A stretch of 64,000 bases of DNA from Monocercomonoides exilis PA203 (taxonomy: Eukaryota; Protista; Preaxostyla): positions 1,302,001 to 1,366,000 of the forward strand of contig LSRY02000018.1 in assembly GCA_001643675.2 (NCBI GenBank), given 5' to 3'. Positions within the stretch are counted from its first letter, which is position 1; each line of letters begins with the position of its first letter. The notes below the pieces were generated by a model that did not search any database, had not been told where the DNA came from, and worked only from the letters and a program-made list of their open reading frames with translations. The translations under genes and the position numbers were made by a program. Shown in pieces: positions 56,877 through 64,000 of this stretch.

Positions 56877-58210
56877 TTTTGAAAATACATCGCAGCCAGA
56901 AAAAAACGAAAATTCATCATTTGATTTGAATTTGAATATTTTTTGGATGGAATAAATTGGTGCAAAATATAAGCTCAAAGCAACGATGAAAATATAAGTG
57001 CTTAAACCAGGTCTTTTTGCACTTGGATTTTTGAGAAGTAATAACAAAGAAAGAAAGAAAAAACGTTTTATCTTTGTTGGTTTGTTATAATGGACATTCC
57101 GATCATCAGATTTGAGAGAACAAAAATATTTCTTGTTAAAAATTGATATCGGTGAATCAATATTTTCTGCAGAGCAGGCGATATTATTTTGTGTGGTGGA
57201 ATGAGGCAGCTACAACTAGACATTCAGAATGGAATTGGGGGAGATGATTTTTATGAAATGTATCTTTTAATGAAAATGCAGCAATTTCTGATATTTGAAA
57301 GAAAATATATTGATGTTTGTTTATTTTTAAAGTTCTTGTTCATTTTCAAAGATGTTTCCATTAGTGGCCTTCACAGAGCGCAAGAATCTGATAAATTGTC
57401 TAAATGGCCATTCCTTTGTTTTTCTGAGGAGAACATCAGAAGCGAGCTGGATTCCGAGATATAATCAGCAAATGAGAATTGAAGATTTTTAGTGTTCAGT
57501 TGGGAGAGGTGCTGAAAAAAAAATTTGATTTCAAAGCATTTTGATGAGAATGAAAAGAAGAATGCCAACAATTGGACAGTTATTGGAAAGAATAAAATTC
57601 GGAGATATTTTTTTCAGGAAAAAAAAATGGATGAAAACATAGAAAGAAGGATATTTAAGGAGAAAAAAGGATGATGGAGAAAGGAGCACAGGGAAACAAT
57701 GGAAAAGGAGATTGAAAGCATCAGTGATTGGACAATCCTCTGCATTTGCGATAGGGAGGGTGTATGTGTTCTTTTGAGGAATTTTTTAATCAATGCAAAA
57801 CTAATTATTTTTATGTATTTTTTAATCTTTTTTCCATTTCAGAAAACATCATTTTTTAATGTTGAGCTTCATTCTCAGAGAAATTTCAGTTCAAGCAGCA
57901 TTTTTGAGGATAACACATTTTCTTTTCCTTCTCCTTTGATCTCTTCATTGACGATATTTTTTTCAACTTGGCTGATGGAAAGAACACATTCTTCGTATTT
58001 GAGAATTTTTTACATAAACAACCAACAAATTCTCATGTTGCAACAAGGAATGGATCTTCTGTGAGTTGCTGCTTCTTATCACATAAATCGAATCTATTCA
58101 TTTTATCTGCATTTTCTTCAGATGAATCTTGCTCGCCTTTTGTCATTTTGTTGCATCAAAAGTGAATCATCGAATTTATTACATTTCACTTCTCTTTCAA
58201 CTTCTCTTTC

Positions 58211-58244
<34 letters not shown>

Positions 58245-59046
58245 TTCTTCTTCCATTTCTTCTTCTCCATTTATTCGTTCCTCTTCTTCCAATAAATTCT
58301 CTTTCCTCTTTCTCTTCTTCGCCTTCATCGTCATCATCGTCATCTTATTCTTCTTCGCCTTATTCTTCCCCTTCTTCTTCAAAAGCTGTTTACATAAAAT
58401 TCTGCAACACTTATAAATACTGTTTCCAATAAAAGCTAAAAGGCAATGTTGTTTTCTGTTATTTTGGCAGATGATTAGCCTTCATTTCAGAGAAATTGAT
58501 GTCACATCGATCCAAAAAAAGTTGGGCATCATTTTTTTAATCAACAAGGAGAATAAAAAAAATAATCTTCATGTGAAGATTTAATATCAATCAGAAAAAG
58601 CTGGAATGAAAAAAACTGTGCAGGAGAGATCATTTGCAGCGGGATGATTGAAACAAAGATTTTATGAAGACCTTTCGGCTTTATGAACCTTCAACTGGTT
58701 GTGTTCGAGAGAAAAGGAAAGGCACAAAAGAAAAAATGAGGAGAAAATTTTATAAGGCGAAGTTTGGAATGATGGAATTGAATATCAATGATTGGGTTTT
58801 TCTTCTGAAGTCTTAATCTTTTATATTTTTAAATTATTTTAGAATTTCTTGTTTTTTTTCCCGTTTTCTTTCTTTCTTTTTTTTTTTTGAAGAAAAAATC
58901 GTTATTTTCAGAAAGTCCTGAAATTTTCATGAAAAAGATTTATATGAAAATTATGATCAAATTGCTTTTGCTTCTATAAACTTTTTTCATTCAGATATTT
59001 TATTGATATGAAAATAAATAAACAAATAACATTTTTCTTTCTTTCT

Positions 59047-60460
59047 TTACAAATACACATAATAATCAACTAATCTATCTGAGTCAGGAAGGAATTTGAA
59101 CTGGATTTTATACATAACAAAATAAGTTGTGATGATTTCTTCATATCCTTCTTCCTCCAGCATGTCAAACACCTTTCTTTTCAACTCTTTGCGTTTTCTC
59201 TCAACTTTTTCCTTTTCTGCCCCTTCCCACAATCTAGCCCAAAGTTCCTTGAAAAAATTAATCCTGTCAATAAACTGAGGTCTTATTACTATGAATTGCT
59301 TGACCTCCTCCAAAACAGCACCAACAGATCTTCCATTCAACAAGGCTTCAGCATTTACGGCTTTGTTCATCACAACATTTCGAAACGAATTAATACATCT
59401 GTCGCATATTTTTGTGTAATTGCACATTGCTTCTCGAAATACCCTTGCAATACTACCAACAAGTCCAGCCAGTTCTTCATCCCCCGTTTCGCCCACATAA
59501 ATATAACTGTCATACAGTTGAAGCCATCTCATGATTGCAAAAACTTCTTTCGCTTCAATTCTCCTCTCCTCCTCCTCCTTTTCTTTTCTCTTCCACTCAA
59601 CGCACTTTATCAACTCTTCCATTTCTCCAATTGCTTCTCTTGCGAAATGCATCTCATTTCCAATCACTTCTTTCACTGCCTCTTCAGTTATAAATCTAAA
59701 TATCAAAAACTGCCAAGCAGATTGATACGCAAGCTGAGTAAGGTTGCGTTTTTCCTGATGAAATTCGATAATCTTTCTGATCCCACTGAATAACCCCTTC
59801 TTTACTTTCTGATCAAAAAGAATAAAAGTTCAATAAATCAAAATAAATCAAAATAGCATTCCATTATCAGATTAGTTTCACTCAGAGCAAGCAACGCCAT
59901 TTCTGCTTCTTTTTGAGTTTCCTTGCTTTCATCTCTGTTAAACGAAGCTTTCAGAAGGAAAGGAACATATATAGAAAACAACTTGGGGTAAAAATGATTA
60001 TCCAGAAAAATATGGCATTCACAAAGATCAATAAGCAGCTTTTCATTATTTTTCCCTTTTTTCTTCTTTTTTTCTTCAACAATCATCTCTTGAATTCTTT
60101 TGCTCAATAAAGTGCAATAAAAGTCATTGCTTTGTAATTTGTTCATTATTTTGTAATATCCCATGTGCTTTAATAATAAAAGTACATTTTCCATCGAAAG
60201 TTTCTTTTCTTCAATCATTCTGTGAATTTCACTGAATAATTCAATTGCGAAAACTGATTTCAGTTCTTTTCTATCCATTTCATCCAACACTGTGTTCATT
60301 TCTTTGATTTTCTGTTCCTGTTTCTGTTCATTGTTTGCGCAACGTTCCAGCTCAGAGAGCAATTCTTCATTAATTAAAAGAAATAAATCCAATCATCAAG
60401 AATTCAAAAGAAACAGCATTTGCACACCAGTGAACTTTTTTGTGTTATTCGTCTCCTGCT
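59047..60460 (-). CDS. Lineage-specific helical hypothetical protein, paralog 2 (start uncertain)
   Basis: KQETNNTKKFT|intron|ELLSELERC...LLKASFNRDESKETQKEAEMALLAL|intron|...NLTQLAYQSAWQFL...EEEGYEEII. Confidence 0.7.
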
Positions 60461-63109
60461 TTTTTGAAAATATATTGAAGATATAAAACAACAAATTTTT
60501 AACATTTACAATTATTGAGCACACGTTTGGATAGAAGAAACAGTTGAATAATTAAAACTCAAAAACAGTCGTAAAAAATATCTGCTTTCACACCATCGTT
60601 TTTTGCATTTTTATTGGCAAGTATTTATTGAAAATGCAAAGTTAAATCTTTTTCTGTTTGTTGTTATGGATGCAATGATCGAATAATTTTCTTTGAACTG
60701 GAATACCAATTTGCAAAATGATAGAGCGGTAAGAAAACATCATCTATAGAACTATGAATATTATTTCCTGTGGAGACAACAGACAATGATGGTGATTCAT
60801 CGATTTTGAAATTCTGTCTGATAATTTTTGTTAATTGGATGACCAAGGGGAATACAACAATTTCATCAATAACACAAAAAGCGTCCTGTATGTAATTTTT
60901 GTTGTTCTGTTGATCGTGAAGATATTACCATCCGTATCCTTTTCAAAGTGCAGGAATCCGAATTATTGTTGAAATGGCCAATCCCCGCTTTGGAGAACAA
61001 TACGATGAGAACGGAGCAGATTATTACATAGCAATTGGGAAATAAAGGAAGTTACACAAGATGCATGATTTTCATGATTTTTGTTTGGTACATGAGGTGA
61101 AAACAAATTCAACTTGTGTTTTATTGAATGTCGATTTATGGATGGAATTCTGTGAAGTGCAAAATCTGCATAAAATTAAATAGAATTTGGGAGCATAAGG
61201 CAGGGAGAACAATTTGTGGTATTTTTTGGCAAGGAAAGTTGGTGGAAATATCGAGAGAAGGATATTTATCACAAAAAATAGCAACAATTCAATGGAAAAA
61301 AGGAGAACCCAAAAATATCTATTTTATTTATAAGGCTTTCCTGTTTCTCGGACTGAGCCAGACAGACATGGAAAGCGATGAAATCCAATTCCTAAAACCG
61401 CTTTTGCTTCAAAAGAGTGGAGAAACGCCATCAAAGATACAACCTATTATCGAATATTAGCTTGCAGTCGAACAACATTCTGCCTAATTGCATCTTGATT
61501 TCATTCTTCGAAGGGACAGCCATTTTGAGCAAGCAAGACGATTATCATACGAAATTTGCTTTCTTCGATGCCACAGCCAATGAAAGAGAATATGATGGTT
61601 TTTGTATCATCATTTGTTTTTCAACAAAGTCATTGTCACACCCAGCTTCTATGTTTGTGCATGGCCCATTGAATTTTGTGCCTTGAGCGTCAGAGAATGC
61701 ATTTCAGAAGCATTATCATCTGCATCGTGAGCATCGATGAATGAATGTTAACCTTTCCATCCATTTTCCTCTTCGCTGTTGAAGCACGGCCAACTCATTC
61801 TCTTCATTTTCATCAGGTATTATCTTCATCATATACGACCTGGTTGATTTTTGATATTTTTCAATTGCACAAGCCGAAGAGTCACGTCCTTCAAACACAG
61901 AAATGAAAACATTCCAATCTTCCTCGTTATCTCCATTTCGTTTGATTCAATTATCAAATCATCACCTACATCACCTTTGCCTTCTTATTCTTATTTTTCT
62001 TCTTCTTCTACGACCACTTCTACTTCTATTTCTTCTTCTTCTTCTTCTACTGCTGCTGCTGCTTCTTCGCTTTCTTCAACTTCTTCTACGTCTTGTCATT
62101 TCCCACAAACTGTGCCATCTTGAACTTTATCTTCTGCTTCTTCTTCAACTCCTTCAATGCCATTTTAACTTTCTATGAGTTTGATCAGGCTATCGACCAT
62201 CAAATGCATTTAAGCTGTACAATCAGAATCACAGGCAAATTGAACAAAAAATAGCTTCATTCACAGTTTTTCCTCTCAACGACCGTTCACCAAATATGCC
62301 TTCTTTTCATTTGCGATTCTCGTGATGAAAAAAGGCCTTCTTAACAAATTTATTTAATTTCCTTTTCGTCGTATTCTTCTTCAATGCCTTCAATTAGTGA
62401 ATAAAAATATTGTTATTTCCATTTCAGTCAACAACCATCGAATTTAGCACCAGTTCTCGTCTTTCATTTCTATTCATAATCGCAAAATAAAAATTCATTC
62501 TTACAAAGAATTTCAGCCAGGCCCAATACATCAGTGAAATGATTCTATATTTAGCCAAGAAAATTTTATCAGATGGTGTTCAATAAAAAAGGAGGACGAT
62601 TTTGTCATTTTCATTTGGAAGATGAAAGAGGTTCAGATGAAAAGAGCATATTATCGAAGCAATTCTTGAACGGAATAAATGATTGAAATGATGTTCTTCT
62701 TCAGATTTTTACAAAATTTCGAGCCTTCAACAAGCAATCAAAGTGAGACGATGAAGGAAAGCGATTTAGAGGAAAATTCATTTTTAAAAGGAAAATTCAA
62801 TGAAACATCCGAATTTACAGCAGACGTGTGAAGATTAATCCATCTAAAGTGTTTTTGAGTCTATTTCTTATTTTTTGTGTTTATGCCATCTCCATAACTT
62901 TGTTCGACTTTGCCTTCTTTTGCACATAAATTCACAATATATCTGCTCATTCAATATTATTTTCCAACTTTCTTCACCTGCTTCAGAAGCCCCGTCGCAT
63001 TGCGTATGCTCTTGTTGGGAGTCTTTTCCAACTTACAATTCACTTCCTTTATGCCAAGTATTCTTTCCACGTATTCATTGTCAGCTGTATTCCCGTTGAT
63101 AAAGATTTA

Positions 63110-63520
63110 TTAATCACCGAATGCTTCTGTTCTATCATGTCCAACAACCGAGTTGTCTTTCTGAGTGATGTTTCCCATGAAGGCGAACAAGGGTTCCTTT
63201 ACAGAAGCGACAAATGATTGGCACACAAAATACATATCTCTTCCTACACTGGCCTTGCTGGCTGAAAACACGACGTTGGTGATGGAAAAGGAGGATTCTG
63301 ACACTTCTGAATCGTCCTTGTACTCGATCATGAGAGCTCCGCCTCTTCCTCCAGAACTTGTTTCCTCGCTTACAGAGCAGGTGGAGAAGGTTGTGTCACT
63401 CGCTGAAAATGTGTTGGTAGAGGCAGACTAGGCGAATGAGATGCACCCGCCATTGGTGGCAGTCTGTTGGTTTTGTGGAGCTGAGTTGATGTTGGACATG
63501 GAGTTGTTGGAGAGGGAGAG
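63110..63520 (-). pseudogene. Isolated fragment of a Gly/Cys-rich surface-protein ectodomain
   Basis: NGGCISFA*SASTNTF...CSV...SGRGGALMI...F...ASVGRDMYFVC resembles the GRGGGM...A.IGKDVFIRC modules of the 24.5-32.7 kb protein. It has an internal stop and no start, TM or tail. Confidence 0.6.
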
Positions 63521-64000
63521 GGAGAGAAAGAGAGCAGACAGCGAGGAAGAAAAAGAAAGATGAAGTGCAATGGGAGAATGCTAAAAAAATCATTTGGTGA
63601 AGAAAAAGTGTTTGATAATGCATTTTCAAAGGAAATGGAGTTGAAATAATAATGAAAGATTTTTAAGGAAGGAAAAGAAATGGGAAAAAGAAAGGAGATT
63701 TTTCGGGAGAATAGGGATAAGCAACAAGATTGAATCACCCATTGCAACAAAGATTTCAATAGCAACTTCATTTCATGCTTTTTTTGAGAGATGGTTGTTG
63801 GTGTTCATTTCTGGTTCGGACATTTGGGTGTGAAGATGAAGCTGAAAAAACAAAAGAAAACTGACTGGGTGCTTTCTTTGAAATCAATGTTATTTATTCA
63901 TTTATAATGGTATTTTTAATTTTTCGAAAATAAGAAACGAGGAATATGTTTAGCATAAACCCTATCTCTTTTTGATGAATTTGTCATTTGAACATGAGAA

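Noticed and set aside
60660-61700. Coding-like fragments on both strands
   Set aside because: Short and interrupted, with no motif I could recognise; left uncalled.

Overview
AT-rich, intron-containing eukaryotic DNA read in the standard genetic code. The style (proteins inflated with poly-Ser and Glu/Lys tracts, giant Gly/Cys-rich receptor-like proteins with a degenerate kinase tail, lineage-specific helical gene families) suggests an oxymonad such as Monocercomonoides; this is inference. The left 44 kb carries host genes: a divergent importin-alpha, a USP7/UBP12-type deubiquitinase head-to-head with an F-box/LRR gene, an 8.2-kb intronless receptor-like pseudokinase, an eIF4A pseudogene, a rhodanese-DSP phosphatase, tRNA-Val(AAC), a glyoxalase II-like hydrolase and a small secreted-peptide gene. 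It also carries a 1.06-kb palindrome and a foldback MITE. About 44.7-55.0 kb is a nest of DNA transposons: two divergently oriented IS5/ISL2-like (DDE_Tnp_4) transposase genes with DD30E spacing, a spliced C-terminal tail and TA|GAAC 5' termini, one pogo-type DD35D element, and several non-autonomous TIR elements. It ends at a second identical tRNA-Val and a deleted tRNA-Leu-like remnant. The right end holds two paralogous lineage-specific genes and decayed gene fragments. The best candidate for an undescribed system is the TA|GAAC-ended DD30E transposon family with its ~1-kb non-autonomous partners. Exon boundaries were inferred by eye and are approximate.
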